DNA of 64,000 bases from positions 97,588,001 through 97,652,000 of the forward strand of contig OX597821.1 of assembly GCA_951406725.2 (NCBI GenBank). The letters run 5' to 3'. The stretch is from Octopus vulgaris. Its lineage: Eukaryota. Position 1 is the stretch's first letter. Each line of letters begins with the position of its first letter. The notes beneath the pieces are model-generated. The model did not search any database. It was not told the origin of the DNA and was given only the letters and a program-made list of their open reading frames with translations. The translations under genes were made by a program, and so were the position numbers. Of the stretch, positions 25,430 through 39,453 are shown piece after piece.

Positions 25430-25700
25430 ATTCATCCCACAAAATAAACAACTGTATAGAGACCTCCTGCCTGTTTCCACCACTAAAAGGGAAAGGTGTT
25501 TACTCTTTGCAGGACATTGCTGGTGAGCTAAACAAGAGTTGGCAAATGGACTTCTGCTATGGATGCCAAAAAGCAGATCATCCAAAAATAATGTATGTAG
25601 ATCGACTCACCAGAGACAGTGGATGGCTCCCCAAAGACCTCTCTCCACTATTGCAAGACTGAGTTGGATAGTCTGTGCAGATTAAAAATTTCCGAGCAAA
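25430..25700 (+). mobile_element. RTE/RTE-X LINE remnant
   Basis: LFAGHCW*AKQELANGLLLWMPK..HPKIMYVDRLTRDSG. Confidence 0.6.
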
Positions 25701-26765
25701 ATCAACCAGATGATGAAGTATCATCATCATTTAACGTTCATTCTTCATGCTGGCATGGGTTGGACGGTTTGACTGAGGTCTGGAGAGCCAGCGGCTGCAC
25801 CAGACTCCAATCTGATCTGGCAATGTTTCTACAGCTGGATGCCCTTCCTAATGCCAGCCACTCCAAGAGTGTAGTGGGAGCTTTTTACATGCCGCCGGCA
25901 CAGGAGTCAATCAGGTGCACCTGGCATTGACCACATTTGGATGGTGCTTTTTACATGCCACCAGCACGGGAGCCAGTCTGGCGGCACTGGCATCGACCAC
26001 ATTCGGTTGGTGCTTTTTATGTACCACCGTAAAAAAAAAAAATATATATATATTTAACACGTGAAACCATTAATCCCAACACATTATTCCTTCCTCCATT
26101 TTTTCCTCTCATTCCTTTCTGTTGAAGAATGAGTGTAGGCTCAAAATGTTGAAGACTTTTCTATTTTTCCCGAACATCAAACTAATACACCTGCTTGTTG
26201 TTCCTTCACCTGTCTCTGTCTTTTGTTTTCTGCACATTTGAACCATATATATATCATCATCATCATCATCATCAACATCAGTCATCATTTAACATGTTTT
26301 CCATGTTGGCATGGGTTGGATGGTTTGACAGGAGCTGGTCAGTTGAAGAGCTGTCCAGGATCCAAATCTGTTTTGGCATGGATCCTATGACTGGATGCCC
26401 TTTCTAATGCCAACCACTTTACAGAGTGTACTGGGTGCTTTTATGCAGCACCAGCATAGGTGCTTTTACATGGCACTAACGCAAGTGGTTTTTACATGGC
26501 ACCAGCACCCACAAGCTCACAAGATTAGGATCATTCAGCTGAAGTGGGATGCAGGGGACATACCTGTATGCAAAGACAAACATGATTTTACTCAGCTTGA
26601 CATGTCTTCTCAAGCATGGCAAACCACAGGAGTTTCAGTTCCTCATCAGCCCCTCTGTGAGGCCCAATGTCTGAAGTTCCTTTCTCACCATTTCATTCCA
26701 AATCTTCCTTGGTCTACCCCTTCCACATGTTCCTTCTATAATTAGAGATGAACACTTATTGATGC

Positions 26766-26794
<29 letters not shown>

Positions 26795-26799
<5 letters not shown>

Positions 26800-28763
26800 A
26801 AAAGTTCTCAGACTAGTTATGTTTAATAAAAAATAACTTGTTTAACCTAAGTTCTAACATCATCATTTCCTTTGAAATAGTCACCTTGCACAGCAATACA
26901 CCAGTTCCAGCATTCCTGCCATTTTTGGAATCTGGCCTAGAAGTCGTTTTCTGTAAGTGAGTCAAGGACCTTCTGTGATTGGCTCTAGATCGTGACAATT
27001 GTGTTAAAACGGCAACCTTTGAGTTGCCTTTTCATCTTGGGGAAGGGATCGAAGTTTGCAGGTACTAAATCTGGTGAATAGGATGGGTGCAAAAGTGATA
27101 CTGGGTTATTTTTGACAAGAAACTCATGAGTGAGGAGAGCTTGGTGACAGGATGCATTGTCTTTGTGAAGAATCCAATTCTTTGTCCTCCCTCATATGCT
27201 TCAAAACGTTGCAGCAGAACTCTTGATTGACAGTTTGGCACTGGGGGATGAATTCCCAATGCACAATATGGCAGATGTCAGAAAAATGCGATGATCATGC
27301 TCTTGATTAAGCTGTAGCTCTGTTGTGCTTTCTTTGGTCAAGGAGATGAAGGGCTCTTCAATTGTGATGACTGCTGCTTTGTTTCAGGGCTGTAACCATA
27401 GACCCAACTCTTGTCCCTGAGGATGAACCTTGACATGAAGGATGGGCTGTCAGCAGCATACTGATGGAGATTTGGACAGACTTCAAAATGATATTCTTTC
27501 TGCTCAGTGGTCAGCAAGCAGGGGACAAACTTGGTAGAGACATGCTGTTTGTTCAATTCAAAAATAAGGATTGCTTGCACAAACCCATATGACAAACCAA
27601 CAACATCGGCAATGTTGTTGATTTTCCTCTGACAATCCCAATACACAAGCTGATGAATTTTCACCACATTTCCGGGTGTGATGCTCATGGCAGGTCTTCC
27701 TGATTGCTCATCATCTTCCAGAGATGTTCTTCCGCTTTTGAGACATTCTATTTCTTTACTGGCGAAGGCGGATGTCAAGAGGCGGGTGAAGGCGAGCGTC
27801 AAAAGGCAGGCAAATGCGGGCGTCAAGGGGCGAGCGAACGCTGCGTCTGAAAGGCGGGTGGTGTGGCGGCGGAGATTTGAGGATGCGCCAGCCGTGTAGA
27901 GTCGATCTTGTACCGGCAAATGGGGAGCTAACCATTGGCAGAAAGGAGCAACGAGAACATCCCTTCCAGGTGGTCACCTATGCCGATCAACCACAACCCT
28001 ACATCAACCTGCTTTTGAGACATTCGTGCCTCTTGAAACATTGCATACAATAGGCGCAGGAGTGGCTGTGTGGTAAGTAGCTTGCTAACCAACCACGTGG
28101 TTCCGGGTTCAGTCCCACTGCGTGGCATCATGGGCAAATGTCTTCTGCTATAGCCCCGGGCCGACCAATGCCTTGTGAGTGGATTTGGTAGACGGAAACT
28201 GAAAGAAGCCTGTCGTATATATGTATATATATATGTGTGTGTGTGTTTGTGTGTCTGTGTTTGTCCCCCTAGCATTGCTTGACAACCGATGCTGGTGTGT
28301 TTACGTCCCCGTCACTTAGCGGTTCGGCAAAAGAGCCCGATAAAATAAGTACTGGGCTTACAAAGAAAAGTCCCGGGGTCGATTTGCTCGACTAAAGGCG
28401 GTGCTCCAGCATGGCCGCAGTCAAATGACTGAAACAAGTAAAAGAGTAAAAGAGTAACCCATTGCCTCATTACTGTAAGCTAGCCAAAGCATGCTCAATG
28501 TCTCTGTAGCAGACTTCCCAAGTTTAATGGAAAATTTCGCTTTGGCTCTTTGTTCCAACTTCCTTTTCATGACAAAATTGCAGACTACAGCATACACATG
28601 GGTCACAAAGACACAAATCTCACAACTTGCAAAGTAAACCCAGTGACGATGTCAATTGGCACACTGTCTCATGAAGGTCACTGCTAGCTCTCATTGTGCA
28701 TGCAACCACGCCGTCTGTTGGCATGATACAGCACTAGCCTGGGAACTTTTTGATACCACCTTG
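26795..28763 (-). mobile_element. Mariner element with nested insertions (27749-28010 and SINE 28053-28456); partial copy 49850-50215
   Basis: TIR-like TATCAAAAAGTTCTCAGACTAGT / ACTAGCCTGGGAACTTTTTGATA; GRTSLEDDEQSGRP, KFVPCLLT, RDKSWVYGYSPETKQQS. Confidence 0.85.
27749..28010 (-). mobile_element. GC-rich 262-bp retroposed insert with 15-bp TSD
   Basis: TSD GCTTTTGAGACATTC at 27734-27748 and 28011-28025; minus-strand 3' end AGTAAAGAAATA; four 24-bp tandem units. Confidence 0.8.
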
Positions 28764-30065
28764 CATTTTTTTTTATGTATGTATGTATATTATAAAAATC
28801 AGTCAAACTTTCATTATAAAAGTTTAATAAGCATGTGCTCTACCAAAAAGTACTGAGTAATCCAGGTAATTATACTTTCACAGTGAATAGTTGACTGATT
28901 TTGCAGTTTCAGCTTACTCACCCTCATTGTGTGTGTGTATGTTTGTGTGTCTATGAGTGTGTGTGTGTGTGTGTGTATGTGTGTATTTGCATTCATGCAT
29001 GTATGTATGTATATGTTTATATATATATGCATACACACACATTATGTGTGTGCATGACTCTTTTGAATATGTGTCTATGTGTGTAGGGAGAGAGAAAAAG
29101 AGAGAAAGAGAGAGAGAGAGGTCGACTGGCATGGATTTAAGCTGTTGTATATTATTTAGTAAATATAATTTTATTTTGCGCAGTTGCAAATTCTTTTCAA
29201 TTTTATTATTTTCCAGTTATTAATTTATTATCATAAATACTACCCAACTTGTTCTGACATAGGTAATGCCCATATCCAGAATATATTACACTTTTACTCT
29301 CTTTTACATGTTTCAGTCATTTTGACTGCGGCCATGCTGGAGCACCGCCTTTAGTCGAGCAAATCGACCCCGGGGCTTATTCCTTGTAAGCCCAGTACTT
29401 ATTCTATCGGTCTCTTTTGCCGAACCGCTAAGTGACGGGGACGTAAACACACCAGCATCGGTTGTCAAGCAATGCTAGGGGAACAAACACAGACACACAC
29501 ACACTCATATATATATATACATATATACGACGGGCTTCTTTCAGTTTCCGTCTACCAAATCCACTCACAGGGCTTTGGTCGGCCCGAGGCTATAGTAGAA
29601 GACACTTGCCCAAGGTACCACGCAGTGGGACTGAACCCGGAACCATGTGGTTGGTAAACAAGCTACTTACTATACAGCCACTCATCCAGAATACATTCAG
29701 TAATTTCTCATACCAACTAAGTTATATGAAAAGCAAAGAATTATGAAAAATTGGAGGCAATTTCAGTATCATCATTACCATCATTATCATTCAACGTCTA
29801 TTATCTATGCTGGCATGGGTTGGACAGTTTGACAGGAGCTGGTCAGGTGAAGAGTAGCCCAAGCTCCATATCTGTTTTTGTATAGTTTCTACAGCTGGAT
29901 GCCCTTCCTAATGCCAACCACTTTAGAGAGTGTACTGGATACTTTTATGCAGCACTGGCATGGATGCTTTTACATGGCACAGGTATTTTTTATGATTAGG
30001 AATGTTCAGTTGATATATATAATTGATCGACAGAATTATGTGCACACACACACACACACACACAC

Positions 30066-30859
30066 ATAGATATTTAGGTTCTATCTCCCTTACAGGGCTG
30101 ATTAGAAATTGGCTGCCGGTTCTTCGCGGGGTTTCTCTCCCCCTCTTTTCACATTGTCTGTCTGGACTCCTCTTCCTACTCCTCGACATGGCCATGCATA
30201 CTTAAGCTAGTAACCTGCCTCACTCTTGATTCCGAACTCCTTTTGCCAAGTCTGTCCGTAAACGAAGTGATCCCAAGATAAGAAATCTTTGAACTTTAAT
30301 TCATCCGTATCTCTATTTATTATTATTATTTATTAATTATTATTATTCTGATCCCCCTAGTCGCCACTCTGTTTACTATTTCAGCCTCGCCTCGTTTTTG
30401 CATATTCTGTATAATTCACTAGTTATCGTTATAGATATTTAGGTTCTATCTCCCTTACAGGGCTGATTAGAAATTGGCTGCCGGTTCTTCGCGGGGTTTC
30501 TCTCCCCCTCTTTTCACATTGTCTGTCTGGACTCCTCTTCCTACTCCTCGACATGGCCATGCATACTTAAGCTAGTAACCTGCCTCACTCTTGATTCCGA
30601 ACTCCTTTTGCCAAGTCTGTCCGTAAACGAAGTGATCCCAAGATAAGAAATCTTTGAACTTTAATTCATCCGTATCTCTATTTATTATTATTATTTATTA
30701 ATTATTATTATTCTGATCCCCCTAGTCGCCACTCTGTTTACTATTTCAGCCTCGCCTCGTTTTTGCATATTCTGTATAATTCACTAGTTATCGTTATAGA
30801 TATTTAGGTTCTATCTCCCTTACAGGGCTGATTAGAAATTGGCTGCCGGTTCTTCGCGG
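30066..30859. repeat. Head-to-tail tandem repeat, 365-bp unit, ~2.2 apparently identical copies
   Basis: ATAGATATTTAGGTTCTATCTCCC recurs at 30066, 30431 and 30796. Confidence 0.92.
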
Positions 30860-30937
30860 CGCGCCCGCCCTACCCACCCCCACCACCAATACCGGATATC
30901 TCTATTTTGCTCCAACTATACCGGATGTCGTTTCTCC

Positions 30938-31570
30938 CACCATTATAGGTGTCTACTCTTTGAACCCCTCTCTTCAATACGCTATTTCACCATGCATTAC
31001 CCCTCTCTCGATATCCTACGTTCTACTTGCCTAGAACCTGTCCTCTGAACCACCCCTCCCACTGGTGCTCCCCCATATTTCTGCACCCCCCCACCACCAT
31101 TATAGGTGTCTACTCTTTGAACCCCCTCTTCAATACGCTATTTCACCATGCATTACCCCTCTCTCGATATCCTACGTTCTACTTGCCTGGAACCTGTCCT
31201 CTGAACCACCCCTCCCGCTGGTGCTCCCCTATATTTCTGCACCCCCACCACCACCATTATAGGTGTCTACTCTTTGAACCCCCTCTTCAATACGCTATTT
31301 CACCATTTCACCATGCATTACCCCTCTCTCGATATCCTACGTTCTACTTGCCTAGAACCTGTCCTCTGAACCACCCCTCCCACTGGTGCTCCCCTATATT
31401 TCTGCACCCCCCCACCACCATTATAGGTGTCTACTCTTTGAACCCCCCTCTTCAATACGCTATTTCACCATGCATTACCCCTCTCTCGATATCCTACGTT
31501 CTACTTGCCTATTACCTGTCCTCTGAACCACCCCTCCCACTGGTGCTCCCCTATATTTCTGCACCCCCCC
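30938..31570. repeat. C/T-rich tandem repeat, ~158-165-bp unit, 4 copies
   Basis: CACCATTATAGGTGTCTACTCTTTGAACCCC recurs four times. Confidence 0.92.
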
Positions 31571-31938
31571 ATAAAAAAAAAAAAAAAAAAGCACCATCCG
31601 AACGTGGCCGATGCCAGACCCCTCTGGCACCTGTGCAGGTGGCACGTAAAAAAACACCCACTACACTCGCGGAGTGGTTGGCGTTAGGAAGGGCATCCAG
31701 CTGTAGAAACACTGCCAGACTAGACTGGTGCCTGGGGCAGTCCCGAGCTCTCCAGACCCCGGTCGAAACCGTCCAACCCGTGCTAGCGCGGAAAACGGAC
31801 GTTAAACGATGATGATGATGATGATGATATATATATATATTTGGTGAAATAGAAAGATGAACAATCTTGTTGCAGATTAATAATAATAAAAGGATTTCTG
31901 TTCAATCTTCGTTCAACTCCATTTCTTCAATTCACTAA

Positions 31939-31980
<42 letters not shown>

Positions 31981-31983
<3 letters not shown>

Positions 31984-32245
31984 ATAAAACGGTAAGATAA
32001 CAAAAGAAAGAAAGAGACCTCAATATTATGTAAATAGAGGAAATTTATCTATACAATATGTTACATTACTCGGTAGTCAAGATAAAACTCTGAGTTTCAG
32101 ATGCCGAAGTGGAAATCCACAACACCATCTCTTCGGTTATCTGGCTATTTTGCTACTCTGAGTTTCAGATGCCGTAGTTTCATTATATATATAGATGTAT
32201 GTATGCATATATATATGTGTGTGAGTGTGTGTGTGTGTGTGTATG

Positions 32246-32304
<59 letters not shown>

Positions 32305-32417
32305 GTATATAGCAAAATAGCCAGATAACCGAAGAGATGGTGTTGTGGATTTCCACTTCGGCATCTGAAACTCAGAGTTTTATCTTGACTACCGAGTAAT
32401 GTAACATATTGTATAGA
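31981..32417. repeat. Family P1 in inverted pair around a microsatellite; hammerhead-like motifs at 32080-32142(-) and 32323-32385(+)
   Basis: Apparently perfect ~105-bp inverted copy (TCTATACAATATGTTACATTACTCGG...GGCTATTTTGCTA). Confidence 0.85.
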
Positions 32418-32435
32418 TATATATATATATATATA

Positions 32436-32915
<480 letters not shown>

Positions 32916-32939
32916 GTATATGTATATATATTTTTATTA

Positions 32940-33356
32940 AGGCGGCGAGCTGGCAGAAACGTTAGCACGCCGGGCGAAATGCTTTGCGGTATTTCGTCCG
33001 CCACTGCGATCTGAGTTCAAATTCCACCGAGATCGACTTTGCCTTTCATCCTTTCGGGGGCGATAAATTAAGTACTAGTTACACACTGGGGTTGATGTAA
33101 TCGACTTAATCCGTTTGTCTGTCCTTGTTTGTCCCCTCTGTGTTTAGCCCCTTGTGGGTAGTAAAGAAATAGGTATTTTGTCTGTCTTTATGCTCTGAGT
33201 TCAAATTCCGCCGAGGTCGACTTTGCCTTTCATCCTTTCGGGTTCGATAAATTAAGTACCAGTTATGCACTGGGGTCGATGTAATCGACTTAATCCGTTT
33301 GTCTATCCTTGTTTGTCACCCTCTGTGTTTAGCCCTTTGTGGGTAGTAAAGAAATA
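32940..33356 (+). mobile_element. tRNA-derived SINE with Deu/Nin-type central domain (family C), 3' part tandemly duplicated
   Basis: GAGTTCAAATTCC B-box, GCCTTTCATCCTTTCGGGGTCGATAAATTAAGTACCAG core, tail GGGTAGTAAAGAAATA. Other copies near 10880, 24840, 36830, 38040, 39725, 41392-41607(-), 46940, 54195, 56794-56976. Confidence 0.8.
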
Positions 33357-33432
33357 TATTTAATATTGCTTCAATTGCATTCACTGATTTGGTTATAACT
33401 GTTTTCTCTATATTCTTTTTGTTTTTGTCCAG

Positions 33433-33563
33433 ATTTTATCATAAGTGATGGTGAAACTCGAGCAAAGATCTCTGGCACTGATTTTTCTGTCCTCAATGGA
33501 GTTATACACAGCATCGACAATATCTTGTTGAAACGAGACAATACAGATGAAATAATTGGATGA
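33433..33563 (+). CDS. Fasciclin gene terminal coding exon (H2 motif of FAS1 domain 2, stop)
   Basis: TTTGTCCAG|AT completes G|AT (Asp); FIISDGETRAKISGTDFSVLNGVIHSIDNILLKRDNTDEIIG-TGA with canonical NGVIHxID. Not in the ORF track (too short). Confidence 0.92.
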
Positions 33564-33600
33564 AATAATTTTGTCGTTATAACTATTGCTGCTGCTGCTG

Positions 33601-33666
<66 letters not shown>

Positions 33667-34344
33667 ATTGTTATTGTTTGTTGTTGTTGTTATTATGGTT
33701 GTTGGTCTCACTTATTTTCTCTGCAAGGTTCACTATAAATAATTAAAGAATTATTGGCAATGCTCTAGCATAGCAGTACGGTTAAGAAGTTTGCTTCTCA
33801 ACAACTCGACTTTTGATTCAGTTCCACAGTACTGCACTTTGGGCAAATGACTTCTATTACAGCCCCAGACCAAACAAAGCCTTGTGTGTTGATTCTATAA
33901 ACAAAAACTGAAAAAAGCCCATCATCTATATATATATATATATGCTCCCCGTTACTTAGAGGTTCGGCAAAAGAGACCGATAGAATAAGTACTGGGCTTA
34001 CAAAAAGAATAAGTCCCGGGGTCGAGTTGCTCGATTAAAGGTGGTGCTCCAGCATGGCCGCAGTCAAATGACTGAAACAAGTAAAAGAAAAAAAAGTAAA
34101 AGAAAAAAAATATATATATCATCCTTTGTATCACTGTCTTGTTCCCAATGCATTCTCAAACAGCTCAACCAAATCAAATCAAATTTTACATAGTAATATT
34201 ATGAAGGCCCAGGAGTGTCAACATGTAATTTCTTTTTATTAAAACAATGCAACGTTGGCACTGGTTCCATGTTATGTCTCAAATCTCAAAGAATAAAAAT
34301 GAAACCTTTGACAGAGTAACAGTTATCGTTTCACTTTTGATAGT

Positions 34345-34406
34345 TTCATTATATATATAGATGTATGTATGCATATATATATATGTGTGTGAGTGTGTGT
34401 GTGTAT

Positions 34407-34458
<52 letters not shown>

Positions 34459-34479
34459 GTATGTATATATATATATATG

Positions 34480-34536
<57 letters not shown>

Positions 34537-34599
34537 GTATATATATTTATATATGTATATATATATGTATATATGTATATATATGTATATATATATGTG

Positions 34600-34644
<45 letters not shown>

Positions 34645-34655
34645 GTATGTGTGTA
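34345..34655. repeat. Compound (TA)n/(TG)n microsatellite; similar tracts at 32813-32930, 35050-35330 and many others
   Basis: Direct reading; explains the YI/YT/HT-repeat ORFs. Confidence 0.95.
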
Positions 34656-35078
34656 AAAAAAAGATAACAAAAAATGGAACAAGAATGTAACAGGTAACAT
34701 CCGGACAGTTAGACAATACAAAAAGGACAGGAAATAACAAGAACGGGTCATTTGGATTTTTCTATCCTCAGTCGAGTTCCAGATTTTTTCAGCAGTTTCG
34801 TCCAGTTACACTCAAGACTGCTCCAATCTGGCCAGCTCCAAGAAAATCCTAGCTAAGAGCATTAAATTCCTTGGAAGAAAGCAAGCAAATGTATATGAAA
34901 ACAAGGACGAAGATAAATGAGAAATTGTACACAATTACAAATACAAACAACAGGACATTAACAACAGGTGTCTTTCGACATTAATAACAGGTGTGCGGGA
35001 GTGAAGCTTTACAGCAGGGACATAATGGATGAAAGTCAAGGGTAGGAATGTATATATATATGTATGTATGTATGTATG

Positions 35079-35115
<37 letters not shown>

Positions 35116-35116
35116 T

Positions 35117-35204
<88 letters not shown>

Positions 35205-35275
35205 CACATACATGTATGTATATATAAATATACACATACATATATACATATATATACACATATATATACATGTGT

Positions 35276-35333
<58 letters not shown>

Positions 35334-36713
35334 TATAGGTTGACCAAAGCTTTGTCAGTGGATTTTGTACACGGAAACTGAAAGAAGACTGTCGTATATA
35401 TCATCATCATCATCATCATCATCATTTAGCGTCCGTTCTCCATGCTAGCATGGGTTGGACGGTTCAACTGGGGTCTGTGAAACTGGAAGGCTTCATCAGG
35501 TCCAGTCAGATCTGGCAGTGTTTCTACGGCTGGATGCCCTTCCCAACGCCAACCACTCTGTGAGTGTAGTGGGTGCTTTTTACGTGCCACCTGCACAGGT
35601 GCCAGACAGAGCTGGCAAACGGCCACGAACGGATGGTGCTTTTACGTGTCACCGGCACGGGGCCAGGCGAGGCTGGCAACGGACACGAACGGATGGTGCT
35701 TTTACGTGCCACCAACACGGAGGCCAGACAGAGCTGGCAAACGGCCACGAAACGGATGGTGCTTTTACGTGTCACCGGCACGGGGGCCAGGCGAGGCTGG
35801 CAACGGGCACGAACGGATGGTGCTTTTACATGCCACCGACACGGGGGCCAGACAGGGCTGGCAAACGGCCACGAACGGATGGTGCTTTTACGTGTCACCG
35901 GCACGGGGGCCAGGCGATATCTATATATATATATATGTATATTTGTGTGTGTTTGTGTCTGTGTTTGTACCCCCACCATCACGTCAAAACTGATATTGCT
36001 GTGTTTACGTCCCCGTAACTTAGTGGTTCAGCCAAAGATACTGATAGAATAAGTACTTAGCTTACAAAGAATAAATCTTGGGGGTCAATTTCCTCAAACT
36101 AAAGGCAGTGCCCCAGCATGGCTGCAGTCACATGATTGAAACATGTAAAACAATAAAAAAACTATGCCATTTTAATCTTGAGCAATTACGGGTAATTCTG
36201 CTAGTATATAAATAATATAAGCACATATTTGTGTGCATTTGTGTGAAGATGGATGGGTGTTTGTGTGTATCTTTTTTAATATTTGCACTTCTTTGTCATC
36301 AGTGAGTAGTCATGTTGCTGTTATTTTGTCAGTCAACAAATCATCTGCTGGCTTCACACCTTCAAAGATATGTGATTCCTTACTTGAAAATCAGGCAGTG
36401 AGTAGTGATATTGCTGTTATTTTGTCAGTCAACAAATCATCTGCTGGCTTCACACCTTCAAAGATATGTGATTCCTTATTTATTAGACATTCACTAGTAC
36501 AACACCAAAAAAACCCCGAATATATGGCACACTAGGCATAAGAACAATGTGAACGTCCAGCCTGTTGTCTCTTGAGGTTTCTGGGTGAGACTTGGAGCCA
36601 ACTTGTACAAATACAAAGCAAAAGTCAAACATAATAATAATAATGATAATAATAATAATGTTGTAGTAGTAGTAGTAGTAGTGGTGGTGGTGGTGGTGGT
36701 GGTGGTGGTGACG

Positions 36714-36813
<100 letters not shown>

Positions 36814-37225
36814 CAATAGTAAAAATGCTTTTAAATTTTGGCACAAAGCCAGAAATTTCAGGAGAGAGTGTAAGTTGATTATATCAACCGCAGTATTCAA
36901 CTGATACTTATTTCATCAACCTCGAAAGGATGAAAAGCGAAGTCTACTCTAGTGGAATTTGAACTCAGAATGTAAAGATGGTTGAAATGCTGCTAAGAAT
37001 AACAACTCTTTATATTCCAAGTTCAGAGCCTGCCAAAGTCAAACTTTACCTTTCATCTCCTCAAGGTTGATAAAATTAAATACCAGTCAGTCAGACACTG
37101 AGGTTAATGTAATCACCCATTTCCCTACCCCTAAAATTGCTCCCCTTGTACTTAAAATTGAAACATTTATTTTATTATTACTGTTGCTATTGGTATTATT
37201 TCATTTCCTAGTGAAGTTCTCAAGA

Positions 37226-37530
37226 TGTCTTGCAAACAACTTGCACATGCAAGTGCTACCAGTCAAAAGCTCCGTATACCGGAAGCTAGCAAGTGTATGG
37301 GGTCATCAGGAGAGAATGCATGCCATTTCGGGGCCTACCTCTCGACGGCATCAATGTGCACCGACCCCCCTCACTGATATGAGGCCCCGCTTGCTAGATC
37401 AGCTGGTTATGAAGTTAAATTCAATATCCTTCTAGCCATCGCTCATCGTCTCTTTTTAATCAAATCCAGTGGCTAGCCTTCTCCACTGTAGATTGGATAT
37501 CAGTTATGGTGGTATTGACTTTACGATGAG
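37226..37530. mobile_element. Unclassified 305-bp insertion with 27-bp flanking direct repeat
   Basis: TTTCATTTCCTAGTGAAGTTC(T/C)CAAGA at 37199-37225 and 37531-37557. Confidence 0.7.
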
Positions 37531-38262
37531 TTTCATTTCCTAGTGAAGTTCCCAAGAAATAATAACAAGAAAATTATTAACAATGCACTGACATCATTGT
37601 CCAAATCAAATATTGATGCCTGCTCTCCACATGGTGTTATATGTACAAAGGTGATGATAGCACATCACCAATAATTTCATTGAAGTTTTAGTTTGTGCAT
37701 ATGCTGAGGTGTGTTAATAATAATAATAATGATTAGTAGTAGTAGTAGTAGTAGTAGCACCAACCGATTGTGGCCGATGCCAGACCCCCCCCCCCCCTGG
37801 CACCTGTGCAGGTGGCACGTAAAAAGCACCCACTACACTCGCAGAGTGGTTGGCGTTAGGAAGGGTATCCAGCTGTAGAAACACTGCCAGATCAGACTGG
37901 AGCCTAGTGCAGACCCTGGCTTCCCAGACCCCGGTCGAACTGTCCAACCCATGCTAGCACGGAAAACGGATGTTAAACGCTGATGATGATGATGATCATC
38001 ATCATCATCAGCGTGATCATGATCATGATAATTCTTTTCCTAATTTTGGCACAAGGCTAATGAGTTTGAGGAGATAGTAAGTTAATACCATCAACCCCAA
38101 TATTTTACTCATACTTATTTTACTGACGCTGAAAGGATGAAAGGCAAAAATCAACCACAGTGGTATTTGAACTCAGAACATTAAGAGCCAGAAGAAATGC
38201 CATTAACAGTTTTGTCTGGCATGATAACAAATCTACCAGCTTGCTGCCTTGAAAAAATAAAA

Positions 38263-38311
<49 letters not shown>

Positions 38312-38848
38312 GTACCAGGCACTGGCTCTCATGGCTTCTGATCTTAACTGATTGGAAGTGTTATCATGTACATGTTTTTTTCTTGGTAAAAAAAGATGGG
38401 TTGTAGCAAATATTCTGTTCAATACCACAGATTTGCCTCTCACTTGTTTGACCTTAACCAGTTGAGCATGTCCCTTATTGGTTGACGATATGTGCATCTC
38501 TGATCATGAGCAGAAGTAGTGGGAGGAGAGTATCATAGCCATGTGTTGAGAGGAATTCTTTGGGGTTTGAATAATTTACCTATGGAAGCATTCAACACCT
38601 TTTAACAACTCTTATTCAGAGACCTATCAAGTGGGATGAGCTACTTGAACTGAAGAAAATTCTAACTGGGAGCCACTTGCAAGGTCATGCACTATGTACC
38701 TTGATATGAGATCACCATGTTGTGTACATATGGCTGTGATGCATGTGCCTGATGTACCCTTATCAGACGGGTAGTCATCATGCATATATTGCATTTCATA
38801 TATTTGTTCCCCAGTGTCAATTTGATGACATGCACTGTTCTCTCACTC

Positions 38849-38913
<65 letters not shown>

Positions 38914-38930
38914 TAATAATAATAATAATA

Positions 38931-39105
38931 ACCTTTTTTTTTTAAATTTATTTATTAGACGTTCACTAGTACAACACCAAAAAAACCCCAAATATATGGC
39001 ACACTAGGCATAATAACAACGTGAACTTCCAGCCTGTTGTCTCTTGAGGTCTCTGGGTGAGACTTGGAGTCAACTTGTACAAACATAAAGCAAAAGTCAA
39101 ACATA

Positions 39106-39162
<57 letters not shown>

Positions 39163-39389
39163 CAACAACAACAACAACAATAATAATAATAACAACCTTT
39201 TCTTTTAAATTTATTTATTAGACATTCAATAGTACAACACCAAAAAAAAACCCAAATATATGGCACACTAGGCATAACAACAACGTGAACTTCCAGCCTG
39301 TTGTCTCTTGAGGTCTCTGGGTGAGACTTGGAGCCAACTTGTACAAACATAAAACAAAAGTCAAACATAGAATAATAATAATAATAATA

Positions 39390-39453
<64 letters not shown>

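Noticed and set aside
30820-30870. HDV-like ribozyme pattern GCCG-GTTCTTCG-CGGC-GCGCCC
   Set aside because: Present only at the junction of the third copy; P1/P2/P4 could not be completed.
35570-35916. Regular GGATGGTGCTTTTACGTG repeats resembling a CRISPR array
   Set aside because: The spacers are themselves repeated, the array is internal to the RTE-derived family B 3'UTR, the context is eukaryotic and there are no cas genes.
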